A stretch of 57,178 bases of DNA, the filler included, from Sphacelaria rigidula (lineage: Eukaryota), in assembly GCA_964200075.2 (NCBI GenBank). It is 7 parts of 7 records of this genome, joined end to end, with 100 filler letters (N's around TTAATTAATTAA, not from the genome) between each part and the next. Parts side by side here need not be neighbours in the genome. Positions count along the whole stretch, not along the records: positions 32,733 to 40,814 come from CAXNAA020012370.1; positions 40,915 to 48,996 come from CAXNAA020012371.1; positions 49,097 to 57,178 come from CAXNAA020012372.1; 4 more parts are not named here. One strand, 5' to 3'. The notes beneath the pieces are model-generated. The model was not told the DNA's origin. It ran no database searches and saw nothing but the letters and a program-made list of their open reading frames with translations. The translations under genes were made by a program, and so were the position numbers. Shown piece after piece: positions 37,281 through 50,299 of this stretch. Position 1 is the first letter of the stretch, and each line of letters starts with the position of its first letter.

Positions 37281-40200
37281 TTATACATGCTAGTTGTACC
37301 GCATTGTATCCTACATCAACGTTGCTCATGGCAGAGCGTGAGCATAGTCAATTAGAGCATAGGTTTGAAAAAACACTAGACATGAAGTGGATCGATTAGC
37401 CTTTTTTTCCTTTCCGTCAAAATACAAACCAAATACAGGCATGACGTGACTCAGCACACAAATCATTTTCTTGTTCCATTGAACAGAACACAGACCCATG
37501 ACGACACGGAATAACGAAGCTGACTTTTTCTTCCTTCCCAATATCAAAAGAAAAAACAGTCGAGACATGAATCTGAAGTAATACCAGCGAGATTAATTAC
37601 CTAGAGCTGTAACCATTTCATTTCGGTCGCTGCATCACAACACAACCCAGATTCAGGCTTGAAATATAAAACTTGACAGAATTTTCTCTCATACCAGCAC
37701 ACAAATATCAAGCATAGACGTGGAATATGCAACCTAACACTCCCCATTTGCGCCCGCATCAGAAGACACCACAGACATGAGACGTGTTCTTCACATCTAT
37801 ATTTTATATTGACCTCCAGTGCGCATTTGTAGACAAAATGCTTCGGAAGGCGTACGAGCTCAGAGAATATGATGACACACCCTCCGCAAAACATGCTCAC
37901 GACAACGGCCCTCTATTCGGTGCCGTTCTGTCCAACGATGTCCTGACCTAATCGACCGCCTTTCGATACTCAGGCTGCTCGGCTTCCAAGTCGCTGCATG
38001 ACATCCGTCGCCCTTCGAAGACGAGCAAGACATTCGCGACTATTGCTGGTACACGCCCATGTTTGCCGCGCCCGTCTGAATCCTCCCTACAACTATGCTC
38101 ACGCATTAGATGACACCTGCGAAGAGGAACGCCAAGTTCAATTCAGTCTAGCTTTGGAGCCACGACATCGTTCGGTTGAAAATACGTACCACATACCCGC
38201 CATCAGGAGTGACTAGATTGGAAAAGGGTTAGCAGCACACAGCACCTGCCCGTACCAAGAACGATGGTGGCTTTGATCGATGGTGAAGACTGAACCACAA
38301 CTTACGGAGCTCCCCATTGGCTTGCCTCAAAAACCCATCTGCGCTCTTCTTATGTCATCCAGGAGACGCTTCGTGCCGACGGTGTCTTCGTGATCCTCCC
38401 CCAGCACTCTTCTGCGAATTGCCAAGGCTGTCTCACAGAGCGCCGCGCTCTCGTTGTACTTTCCCTAAACGCGTTTGGGGGACACGCCAGTTTACGCAAC
38501 AGGCAAGCAGCAGACATGCACAGGAGTAGGTCAATACTCTGCCAACTCTTCTCCATAATATACACACCCTGCAACATTCGTTGCGCCAAAAACAAGACTT
38601 GGAGGACCGGAGGGTAGCGGAATGTGCGATTTACGGAGAGGGACATAAAGTCACCTTTACCCTTAATCAAATGGAAAGGCAACGTGAGGTGTAAGGGGTT
38701 GGCAGTCACGGTCGAATATTTCAGTACAAACTGGAGCAGGGCATGGGCATAGTAGTGTAGCGAGGTGGGGGAAGACGTAGCGGGGTACAAACCATACTGT
38801 TAGTGCGCGTGGTCGGCCAGAGCTAAGTCGGGCACAGGAGGGGGTCAATACCCGGACCTCTGCCCACAACTCAACACATCGGCAAAGCATGAGGTCAGCG
38901 GCCAGCTATAACAGTGGAACAGGGGTCGACCTATTGGCAAGTATGGGTGACATCGTTCGGGGCTGAGGGTGTGCCTCGCGCGTCGTCAAGGAGGGCGTGA
39001 AACGGTCGCCAATGTATAAAGCTCAGATACCACTCCAATTGAATCTATCCGCGTGCCGCTATGGTGCAGGCAGGGGGCTGCCTGTAATTGGTACGATCAA
39101 GTTACACCCCGCCAACCAAGGGGCAGGCAGCGTGGGGGGAAAGCGGGACGTAGTCTGCCTCCAAGCTCCGGCATGGTGCTTGTTTATCGCGGTGTGCAAG
39201 GGAGACACCGGCGTCGAACAATAACAGCGGAGTCGCAGGGGCGCTTTTGACAGCGGTGTTCGGCAGCTTTGCCGGGGCTACGACGGGTTGGGGGGCTACA
39301 TCACGCGACGGGCTCCGCGATGCGAGGCTAGGGACTTCGTGAAACGGGCAGCTGACTTTCGGCGGGAGGGGGGCGAGCCATGGAGCACGGACGAGCGCGA
39401 TAGAGCTCGGTCGGTGGGACACGCCGATATCTTCGCAGCAAGATCGATGCCGTACAGAGCACACTACTGGGGAGTGTGCACTATTCGCGGGGTGGACCAA
39501 AACGGCAATTTGTGAACCTCGAACGCGCAAAATCGCCACACATTTATAACAGCCCCACTGATGATCTAGCGGGGAGGATGCTGTGATGGCGATGAGTACA
39601 TGTACCTTGACAAGTCTGGCAAGCATGCGCAACCTAACGAAGCAAACAATATACCGAGAGAGCTGGCTGTGTAACGTCGCAGTGAGTTCAAGAGTATTCC
39701 ACTTGTTTTATAGAAGGCATGAATCCCGACAGTAACAAATCGCACCATGAGATGGATACAAGTTCTACGAGCAGACGCTACGACAAATGCAACACCTGTC
39801 GACGAAGTCCCTAGGTAAAGCGCAGTTTATACACGTATACTTGGTATCTGATACCCGAGCCACGAATCGGCCGAACGAAAAGTACGAACAATGCCGTATG
39901 ACAATGATCTTGATCTGCAGACAAAACCTAATGACCCTGACGTATCTGAATACTAACCCACTTGTGGTTTGGTTTGGTGTCCCACAGCATGAATAATAGA
40001 AGAACGTAAGTCTAGAAAAAGTGTACCTGCGTGTTTTTCGCTGAAACAAATCTCGTAATTTTGGATCAACAACATGAAATTAGAAAACACGCGCCACTAA
40101 CGCTGTTTTCTCTTGGGGTTTTCGAGGCACATCGATCGGAAATATGTGCTGCATCCGTGCCTCAGAAAAGAGCGGAAAACATACGCATTTTCGCGTCATA

Positions 40201-40914
40201 TACCGCAATGCGCAAAAGAAGCGCTCGTCGATCAAACCCACCTTACACTAGTCAGGTTAGATTTCAACAAGATTTATATTACGTAGCGACTCTTCTCGAG
40301 TACTTTCTCCGGACTCCCCTGCCCATCGTTTCTAGGTGTGGACGCGGACTGCCTGCAGTGTATTTCGTAGTCGGTGCGTGCGTTACCCAAACCTTCAGCA
40401 ACAGAACCATGACACCCACGGAATCGAGTCTTTACCGACTTAATCGCCGTTCACCAAACGCAACGACGCCCCAAAAATATATACTTGAGAAATGGGGTGA
40501 CAGGGCTCGAATATCCGGATGGATTGGGACGCCAGGCGACGCCTAGCTCAAGGTTTCACTGGGGAAGGGGGGAAATTCCGTCCAACAGAATAGTGCGCGC
40601 ACGTGTATTACACCTAGTTCGGCGGGTCCATATCCGTCATGGCTGCCGAGGTAGATGGTGAAGCGGAATATGGACAGGATATTTTCGACATACATGAGCA
40701 AAAACTTCTCATGTCCTGTAGGTCTGCCTGGGTGTGAGAGTTTGGTCGTTTGGGCGTGATGGTTTCAGTGATCATGCTGTAATCGGGTATAAACAGCCGA
40801 TCATCTATGTTGAGNNNNNNNNNNNNNNNNNNNNNNNNNNNNNNNNNNNNNNNNNNNNTTAATTAATTAANNNNNNNNNNNNNNNNNNNNNNNNNNNNNN
40901 NNNNNNNNNNNNNN

Positions 40915-40976
<62 letters not shown>
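40915..40976. repeat. (TAA)n microsatellite at contig start
   Basis: Directly visible. Confidence 0.97.
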
Positions 40977-41124
40977 TTGGTTAGGGTAAGGGTTGGTGTT
41001 GGCCTTAGCATCAGGGGCATGGTACCTGCAGGGACTGGCGCGATTAGGTTTGAAAAACGTCGATCCTGAGGTGTTTTGATCTACGGCGCCGTCCTCTAAG
41101 CACGCGGTCCTCTCACGCATTACA
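40977..41124. mobile_element. Partial MITE family A copy
   Basis: Ends CACGCGGTCCTCTCACGCATTACA; contains GGTTAGGG-like hexamers. Confidence 0.85.
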
Positions 41125-41496
41125 AAAGGACTAACCGCCGGTGGAAGTGCGCAGCAGATACGTGGCGACCGACTCAGGCGGTGTGGACGATATTGAAAAG
41201 GGTGTCTTAGCTCAACATAGTCTTTATAGTATAGTCCACTGCTCCTCTTACACTGTCTGTGTTGCACTCCACCGTACGGCGAAATACGGCACGATCAAAT
41301 ACGCCGCACGTACTGCATTTCATGATTTAGCAACCGTGCTGAACACCATGTGTTTTTCATTTTTTTGCAACTGCACCATCCCATACCGTTCTGAACTCTC
41401 GCGGGTGACTTGCACCAATCGCTCGCTGCGAATTCTGGACATCTTTTTATCACGTGATGCTTCCCAGAGGGCGTGGGGGGGGAAAGCGATACCCCC

Positions 41497-41726
41497 TGTA
41501 ATGCGTGAGAGGACCGCGTGCTTAGAGGACCGCGCTGTATGTAGTTGAAAACACCTCAGGATCGACATTAAATGATTTCTCAAAACTAATCGGGTCAGTC
41601 CCTGCAGGCAGGTACCATGCTGCCCCTGACCCTAACGCCAACACTAACCCCAACCCCAACCCTAACCATAAGGGTGTTCAAATTCCGATGCGGTCCTCTA
41701 AGCACGCGGTCCTCTCACGCATTACA
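41497..41726. mobile_element. MITE family A full copy, TSD CCCCC
   Basis: Perfect 37-bp TIRs TGTAATGCGTGAGAGGACCGCGTGCTTAGAGGACCGC. Confidence 0.93.
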
Positions 41727-42261
41727 CCCCCCTTGTCGCCGTTAAGGTTTCTGTACCACCATCGGGAGATTAGCAATGTCCATATGGACAGTTGCACCTC
41801 CAGCGACATCTCTTGCTAAAATGTCGGAGGAAAGAGGCGGGTGTTTTTGACTTGTATTTATAATACCTGATCGCGGGTGCACTACTGCTACCGCGCGGTC
41901 GTGCGGATGTGCAAGACCTTCATCTTGCTGAGAGGTATGATGAACGGCACTTTTCTCAGACGAAGTTGCCGATATTTTCGAATAGTTTCCAATTTTCCCC
42001 GAAAGTGAGAGTGCGTTTTCGAGCCAGATCAGGCAACTGATCATGTTAGTTAGAGGTATCTCAACCTCGAGATTCTCGGTATATTTCACAGAAATTTACA
42101 GATAAATATATCGGGAACCTCGAGTTTGAGATACGTCCTGTTTTACGGCCGACTGGAAATTGCTCCGGAGATCCAACGTCAACCACATTAGGTTTCGACG
42201 TTTGTTTGAATCTTCGGAAAAGTCGGGAAGCAATAAAAAATAGGTCAAAGTTGCTCTCTAA

Positions 42262-42365
42262 CCCTTGAACCGCGAGATTAGTCTTTCTGGATCATGCATA
42301 GTTTGTTTCACATGAAATTGATGCCGATTCAACAGAAGACTAATAATAATCTCGCGGTCTAAGGG
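42262..42365. mobile_element. Tiny piggyBac-like hairpin MITE
   Basis: CTAA|CCCTTGAACCGCGAGATTA...TAATCTCGCGGTCTAAGGG|TTAA: CCC..GGG ends with a TTAA-like target. Confidence 0.7.
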
Positions 42366-43985
42366 TTAAAAGTATATACTCCTTCCTTTCGTAATCGTGA
42401 CGAACGACCGGTCGCAAGGAATCGAGTGTCCAACATTCCGTGCAGCCGCAATCTTCAGCAGGAGGACCTGATTGTAACTGCACCAACGATGTGCACGCCG
42501 TGCTTTCTTCGGATATTATATGGAAAATATAGCGCCTTGTATATATCTCGGAGCATACCTGGATGGTGCAACTGTGTGCCGCTGACGCATTCCCCGCTCA
42601 CCACTGTACATGGGAAAGTACCCGCCCATCCTACCGCTCAGATCGCCGTCTCAGGAAAGTTTACGCCCAATCAATGTAGTGAAATAGGTCTGTGTGACAT
42701 GTTCTGAGGGGCGGTAAATTGTCGCTTGTACTGTGATCTGCGAACTATTCGTTTGTAAGCCTTGGAGTATATTTTGAGGCGGGAGCGTCTTCATGTGAAA
42801 CTACTTCACAATTTCTCCGGGGGCGATTCCTAAGTACATTTTTGGTGTCACTTCCGCAAAACGAAGTTTGGAATATCGTCCGTTCTGAGCGTCTTTTCAA
42901 GCACCGAGTTGATTCTTTGACCGCCAAGGGAGATCATCTGGGTCACGCAGTAGTTTTTCAAGTACAAGTACTGCCGGTTCAACAGATGACATACGCTGGT
43001 GGTCAAGGGCTCCCTCGGAGGTTAGCGCGTTCTGTACGCAGACAATAAGACCGCATTCGTTCAAATTCACCGCGACTTTCATGGTGAACAACTTTCCCCC
43101 GAGACTGCATGACAAAGATTGCGACATGAAGTTGTCCCACCTGAGCCTTCGCCCCGCCTGCACTACAGAGTCAAGTGTCCCAAGCAGCATGCACTCTCAC
43201 CTCAACATCGACTACGATCAACTTGTCAACGTCCAAAACACTAGCACGACCACTACTTCCACGATCACGACCACGACTAACGTCCACATCAACATCAATC
43301 CCAACAACACGACCATTACCATAACCATCAACGGCAGCATCAAATTAGGGTACTGTTGTGACGCCATTTATCGAAGTGATGGTACTGTTTCAAAACCTGA
43401 TGCTCACGACGGATCCTAGCGGACGGTTGTGCATGAAAGGTCACCACAGCCCCGTGAGTCTTAAACTCAACCATCAAGCTGTCCTGTTGTCCGCGGGAGA
43501 GTGCACGGTGCTTCTCGGGGGAATCGTCGACGCGGAAGGCCACTTGCTGATGGAGGTATCCCTTACTACAGAAATTGGTGTTTCCTTCGTTCAACTATGG
43601 TCTGGCCTAAGAGTGACCTGGAATGCATTATTTGATTTGAAGAGGGCGGCGCATGGGGTAGAAGAGAATTGAGTTGCATTTCTGGCGGTAATGACCGTTA
43701 TGTGACGAGTACTACTGTAACTCGGGGTTGCGCGAACAGGAGAGTGTTACAGGAGTACTACAGATTGAGTTGCGGTTTTAGCCGAATAATATGATCCTAG
43801 GGTGCCAGACGTGGTTCTCAGCCAGAAACGCAGACCCAACCCGCATCTTCTGGTTACCGTCTGGTTGCGCAGCACTTCTTGATGTCCGGGAGCATTTGCA
43901 GGAATACGTGAGCACGGATCTCCGCCATATCTCCGGGGAGAGGGCAGGCTAACCACCGCCTCCCTCTCCGCCCCCCCATTCCGCG

Positions 43986-44193
43986 TGTAATGCGTGGGAG
44001 GACTGCGTGTTTAGGGGACCGCATCGGAGTTCAGATACCCCCATGGTTAGCATTGAGGTAATGGTTAGTGTTGGCGTTACGGTCAGGGGCCGGGTCCCTG
44101 TAGGGACTGGCCCCATTGGTTTCGCAAAACGTCGATCATGGGGTGTTTTAAAGTACGTGGTCCTCTAAGCACGCGGTCCTCCCACGAGTTACA
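43986..44193. mobile_element. MITE family A copy (diverged)
   Basis: TGTAATGCGTGGGAGGACTGCG...GCGGTCCTCCCACGAGTTACA; no clean TSD. Confidence 0.85.
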
Positions 44194-45895
44194 CCTAGCA
44201 GGATCGGAAAATGCAATACATCAAAACGCCTGGCCGATATTAGGTTTACAACGAAGGATAATGCCCGTGACGGGACATCTCACAACCTAAGAGATTTCGT
44301 GCCTGGCTCGTGTGGCGGGATACCTACTCTCGGGGGTGTTCCGTACTTGAAAAGTGTCAGATACCCACCGTTGGATTAACATGATGACGTGTTAAATGGG
44401 TTTACCTTGTGCCCAGCAGAATGACTCGAGTTTATCGAGCGGCTGAATACCTCGAGTTCAGTGTGAGACGAAACCCCACGTACCTGGTCTCAGTACAGTG
44501 GACAGCTCGTTGTTGGTTCCAGCGGTGTCAATGACGTTTGATGTCATCCTTTATCACGTGCTATTGTTCACTACTGTAATTGCGTGTATTCTTCGCGGTC
44601 AGAAACGTTTCACTTTGGCCCATTGATCGCAACGACGTAGTCAGTCCATTGCAACAAAAGATCCCCCCTTTCAGGAAAAACTGATTGCTGCCTGACTGAG
44701 TTTCAGTTCCGAAATTCCCCCCCAGGCGTAAGAATGCTTTGTGCCTATATCTCACCAACCAGACTGCCGAATTCCTCGAATGGGGTACTGTGCGGTAGCT
44801 GCATACACAGCACGTGTGCTCAAGCAAAAGAAAAGAAAAAAAAGTTACTTGTTAGGAACGCTATAGCATCCACTCTGAATCTGAAACTACCCTCTGAATC
44901 TCGCGAAAGTATTGTTCATAATGGACCAGTCACGAAGAAGCAACGCATGGCATCGCACTCAGAAGTCCACTTTGCCGCCGCCATGGTATGAGCACTCGCT
45001 TGGTTATATTGCGTGAAATTAAAAGTGTCGGTGGGTGTAAGACGTTGCCTAGTGGATTGCCCCTTACTGTTGCCAGTCTCGTAGCTGGAAGAAGACGGTG
45101 TGAACGATTCGTAGTCTACGGCCCAAAAGCAGTGCTACACGTGGCCGCTTCGCCATTCCCTTAGATGTCATGGCGTCTTGCACCGCCGTAATGGATTGCA
45201 TGTTGCGAAATAAATGCAATGGCTCTGTCTGCTGTGTGGAAGTGCTGCCGTGCTAGCTGTACGGTATCGTTGTTCTTTCCCGTACCGCAATGTACTGTAG
45301 GGTTCTGAATTGCGCTGCCTGCACTGCACCGTCTGCACTATATATTGCACAGCACTACAGGGCCCTGTATTCGAATGATTGTGTTCATCATATGGCCCTG
45401 TAGCATCAACAGCCCCTTGCTGTGTACTCAAGTAGATTATTGTCTGCTTGCAGTGATTGGGGAAAATATTATAATGTGTTGTAGGTCCTCACTATTACTA
45501 TCCAAACGTAGGAAATTGGGTAAAGAGAGGTAAGGGAGACGAGTGAGGAAGTAGGGGGTAAGGCACAACCCGGTCACGACACCCTACGGTCCAGAATCTA
45601 GTGTCGGGGCAAGATCCGCACAGATACGATCACACAACTAAAAAATAGGAACTCGGAATAATATGCATTTCTCCAGTCACAGGCAACGTTCTCAGTCAGT
45701 TACCTGGTCAGAAAAATCGAATACCCCGCAATTTCCCCGCTGATGCCTCCAACTTCTGTTCGTGAATCCAATATATTGAACACCCTCCATAGCTTGATTG
45801 ACTAACAAGCGCAAGCATGACCTCATTGTCTTCGAGTAAACTAGATGAGATCGAACTCCCTACTGCCATCGCCCATCTTAAATGATGGGGTTCAT

Positions 45896-46106
45896 TGTAA
45901 TGCGTGAGAGGACCGCGTGCGTAGAGGACCGCGCCGTAGTTCAAAATACCTCAGGATCGACGTGTATCAAAACCAATCGGGCGAGTCCCTGCAGGAAGCA
46001 CGCCCCTGACCCTAACCCCAATACTAAACCTAACCCCAACCCTGACCATAGGGGTGTTCAAATTCCGATGCGGTCCTCGAAGCACGCGGTCTTCTCACGT
46101 ATTACA
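45896..46106. mobile_element. MITE family A copy; adjacent partial inverted copy at ~46190-46324
   Basis: TIRs TGTAATGCGTGAGAGGACCGCG...CGCGGTCTTCTCACGTATTACA. Confidence 0.88.
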
Positions 46107-46449
46107 CACCACAAAAAAAAACCCTGGTGGATTCTAACTCCTGCATGATGAGAGAAAATCACGATGACTTTCAAATCTCTTGTTACCATTGGCTTTGGTT
46201 AGGGTTGTAGTCAGGGGCGTGGTACCTGCAGGAACTGACCCGATTGGTTTTGAAAAACGTAGATCCTGGGGTGTTTTGAACTACGGCGCGGTCCTCCAAG
46301 CACGCGGTCCTCTCACGCATTACAACGCTGGTGAGAACCTCAGTGCTTCGCGGAACGATGCGGATAGAACGCGCTAGCGGCAGTCACCTGTTGGCGTTTT
46401 GTTTGCACCGCGACCGCTATCAATCGCAAGCACATTATTACTTGCCCCC

Positions 46450-47665
46450 ACGGCTCCAGCCAACATAGATTATGTCCAAGTTACCTACGTCACGTTTTTG
46501 ACAAACGCAGTGTCCGAGCCCCAGTCCGGTGCAGATGTATGATTTGGTCCTGTGTGCAGCAGGCGCGTTTTTCCTCCGCTACGAGGCCCTTTGCACCCCA
46601 CGATGACTTGAACGGTGCCTACGGAATGTTTCATTGTATTGCATCTATTTGCTGTTGTGTCGATGCAAGGCACATGGTGTAGTGCGTGAGAGGACCGGAT
46701 GCTTAGAGGACCGCATCGGAATATGAACATCCTTATGGTTAGGGTTAGGGTTAGGGTTAGGGGTAGTGTTGGGGTTAGGATCAAGGGCGTGGTACCTGCA
46801 GGGACTGGCTTGATTGATTTCGAGAAAGATCGATACTGAGGTGTTTTCAACTACGGCGCGGTCCTCAAAGCACGCGGTCCTCTCACGCACTACACATGGG
46901 ACAAGCGCGGAGAGGTACTCCACTCGCTGGAGTTTGATATACAGTAAGTCATGATGTCCAACTCCAGTCGGTTGGCTGTACGTTTTGGCACTGTGTGTAG
47001 CAGGCGCGTTTCTTGTCCGCTACGACGCCATTTGCACCGCACGATAGCTTGAACGATAGCTGCAAACTGTGTGAGTGTATTGCAGCTGCTGTGGTGTCGA
47101 TAGAAGTCACGTGAGACGAGAGCGGACAGGTATTTCACTCGCTAGAGTTGGACATAAGCTATGTCCAACTCGCGACTCGGACATAATAGCTTATGTACAC
47201 CTCCTGTCGGGTCGCGGTATGTTTTGGCATTGTGTAGCAGGCGTGTTTCTCGCCCGCTACACGGCCATTTGCACCGTGCGATGGCTTGAATGGTGGTTAC
47301 GGATGTGAGTGTATATCAGGTGCTGTAGTGTGGATGCAAGACACATGGGACAAACGCAAGCAGGGATTCCACATGCTGGAGGTGGACATAAGCTATGTCC
47401 AATTCGCGACTTGAACATAGTAGTTTATGTCCACCTCCAGTCGGTTGGCAGTATATTTTTGTACTGTGCAGCAGGCGCGTTTCTCGTCCGCTACGAGGAC
47501 GTTCGCACCGTGCGATGGCTTGAACGATGGCTATGGGCGGGTGAGTGTATTCCGGGTGTTGTGGTGTCGATGAAAGGCACATGACACGAACGCGGGCGAG
47601 TAGCAGAATCCCAGCTGGAGGTGGACATAACTATTTCCAAGTCCACCCAAAAATGTCGCGACTTG
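46450..47665. repeat. ~235-bp tandem repeat (4 diverged units) interrupted by a MITE A
   Basis: AGGCG(C/T)GTTT..CCGCTAC..TTTGCACC recurs at 46561, 47002, 47239 and 47473. Confidence 0.88.
46678..46894. mobile_element. MITE family A copy, TSD CATGG
   Basis: TGTAGTGCGTGAGAGG...CCTCTCACGCACTACA flanked by CATGG. The empty site GCAAGACACATGGGACAA is in a sister repeat unit at ~47336-47353. Contains (GGTTAG)4. Confidence 0.94.
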
Positions 47666-50299
47666 GAAAGAGCATTACCCTTTAATATATCAAGGAAGGC
47701 CATCCGGGCACTGACCGATTATTACGTGGTCAGCGGAGATCAAGACGCGGCGATGTTACAGCCAGGACATGTCTCGTGGGCTCACAGGGGGAAAACGTAA
47801 ACGGATCGCTACCAACCCCGAGCATCGGCCCTCTTGCTAGGCATGACGCAGCCCCAGGTCCCAAGTCTCATCGTTTACAAAATATAGGACCTCATATACA
47901 CAACCAAGGCCTCGCCATTGAGTCCTACACACGTGGCCAGGTAGCACCCTGTGGGGCGCACTGTGCAGGGTCCGTACAGGGTCCTTTATAGTCTTTGTGA
48001 AAAAAAACCGACAGTGAAATGCAAAATCTGTACCCCTCGTAGCGTTTTGATATGGTTTTCCCCAGGGTTGGATTTGCAGCCCTGTGTAGGCACGTCAGCA
48101 AAGCCCTGCACAGTCATGTGGTAGTGTTTTGGTGAAAAAAAACTCAAGTTTTTCTTTCGAAAATTCCCAATATTTTGGTACAGAATCTGTAAATTTATAT
48201 ATCTTCAAAAGCTTGTCCTCCTGTCCAAGGTAAATTCCTTTTCACCCGATTTGAATCGAGCGAAAAGGAATTTATTTTGGACAGCAGGACAAGATATTAA
48301 AAAAAAAACCTTTTCTCGCCCAATATATTTCGGCAAAGAAAAGGATCTATTTAGAACATCAGAAGAAGCTGTTCAAGATGGATCCTTTTTTCGCCCGTTT
48401 TTGAGATGAGCGAGAAAAGGATCTATTTCGAACAGCTCCTTTTGCTGCGCAAATCCGATGCACACTGGCAGATTCGGGATTTGACCGGCAGAATAAGCTC
48501 GAAAAAAATATTTACTTTTTCCTCCAATTCATCCAGAGATTGGGGGAAAAGAAATTCATGGCGAGCAGCGTCAGCTGCTGGGCAAATCCCGCATACTGCA
48601 TCGTCACCGGCGCATGGGATCCGACACGCAGAAAAAGTTGCTGAAAGGTATTCATCCTTTTGCCCCCCAGTCCATGTGTACATGGGCTAAAGGATGAGTA
48701 GCTCTCAACCGCTTCCGCTGAATAGAGATCCCACACGTTGGATGCGTGTGTATGTCCACACCTGTGCTTCGTCTGAAGCCCCTGGGGAGGTGGGAAGATG
48801 CTAGACGATCGGGTATACCTCGTCAATATATTCACATTTTCCAAAAAGACCCATCTTCCGTCGTCTACTAACACGAACCATGTTTAGAAAATACCACTTA
48901 ATCAATTGTATATGAACAGTATATGTAACAGTGTTGTCGTGAGATTAAGAGTAGATGATACGATTGAGAGTGAAAAGCGGTCAATCATTGAATGAANNNN
49001 NNNNNNNNNNNNNNNNNNNNNNNNNNNNNNNNNNNNNNNNTTAATTAATTAANNNNNNNNNNNNNNNNNNNNNNNNNNNNNNNNNNNNNNNNNNNNCTTC
49101 TATGTGGGGTTGATCCAAATGTTGAACGTTTTGGATCGACCCCGCATAGAAGGCTCTTTCAATGAATGTCATGAGCTCCCAGTAAAAAGTCGTTCTGTAG
49201 CTGGAGATATGGCTCGTCAAACTCGGGAAAAATTGACTCTTTCAACAAAGGAGATGGATATGCTCCGGGCTTGGCTGAGTTGAGACGGATTGCTTTCGCC
49301 TTGGCGGTCATGTTCCAATCAAGAGTACTCTTGTCAGTGTCTTCGCGCCGCCAGTCAGAAAAAAACAAGGGCTACAAACGAGTACGAAGTGCAGGAGACA
49401 ACATACCATGGACAGTGCGTCAAGCAGCTACTATTATAGCCTCGAAACACGGTCGTTGGACGACTTGCACAGGCCCAACTTTTCCCTAATGGTTGCGCTT
49501 GTTTTTTATTTTACTTTGTTTGCGCTTTATACGTTCAGTGCCACCAAACACTATAACCATTCGTGGTGTATTGAGGACGTACGCGATCTCCATCTTTTGA
49601 GAGTTCTGTTCGTCATTTTCATAAAATGCTGCATGCCCGTTTTTCTGGTTCCAAGCACTGAGTGACTCGAATCTCCTGTTCTGCTTTTGTCCCGCACCTG
49701 CAAACCCAACTATCGTCCCCGAACAATTCGTTATCGGTCGGCTGACCTTCACCCCCGGGGGAGGGGAGGGAACTAAGCTGGTTTGTTGCTCCCCACTCCA
49801 TTTTTTAGAACTGCTGCTGGCTTCATGAAGAACAATTACATAGCCTCTGTGTCCCTCGGATGCGTAATGCTTGCCGCCTCTCCCATTTTGTCTCGCTTCC
49901 TTCGTTCCCTGCACGTACGTTGTCATTAGACAGCGACTGCCGCGGAGAGTGCTTCTACCATTTCGAGCGGGGTGCTAACTTCTGAGGTGGTCGAGCGCCC
50001 CACGTTTCCCGACGCAGGTGCAGCGGGCACCACGAAAAAGATTCAAAACTCGGCGTAAACAAGAGCTTGGTGCGCGTGGACCCTAACAAGTGGAGTAGAG
50101 GGAACCCCAGAACGTACCTGCTTGCAGCTTAGGCGGGGGTTTGTCTGTCACCGTGAATCGCAAATACGATAGAGGAGAGACATACGCATTCATCGCTGTG
50201 TTTTTATTTTTTCATCCCGAGGGGGATATTTTCTTGGCTCACTCAGTGGAACCTAGAGCTGCTGGTTCATGTTATGCTCGGCGTGTTCTACGTTCTACC

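Noticed and set aside
46737-46780. True telomere
   Set aside because: The TTAGGG units are internal to a MITE, short and degenerate.
49159-49930. Helitron-like or host coding fragments
   Set aside because: Only vague resemblance; no Rep or helicase motifs identifiable.
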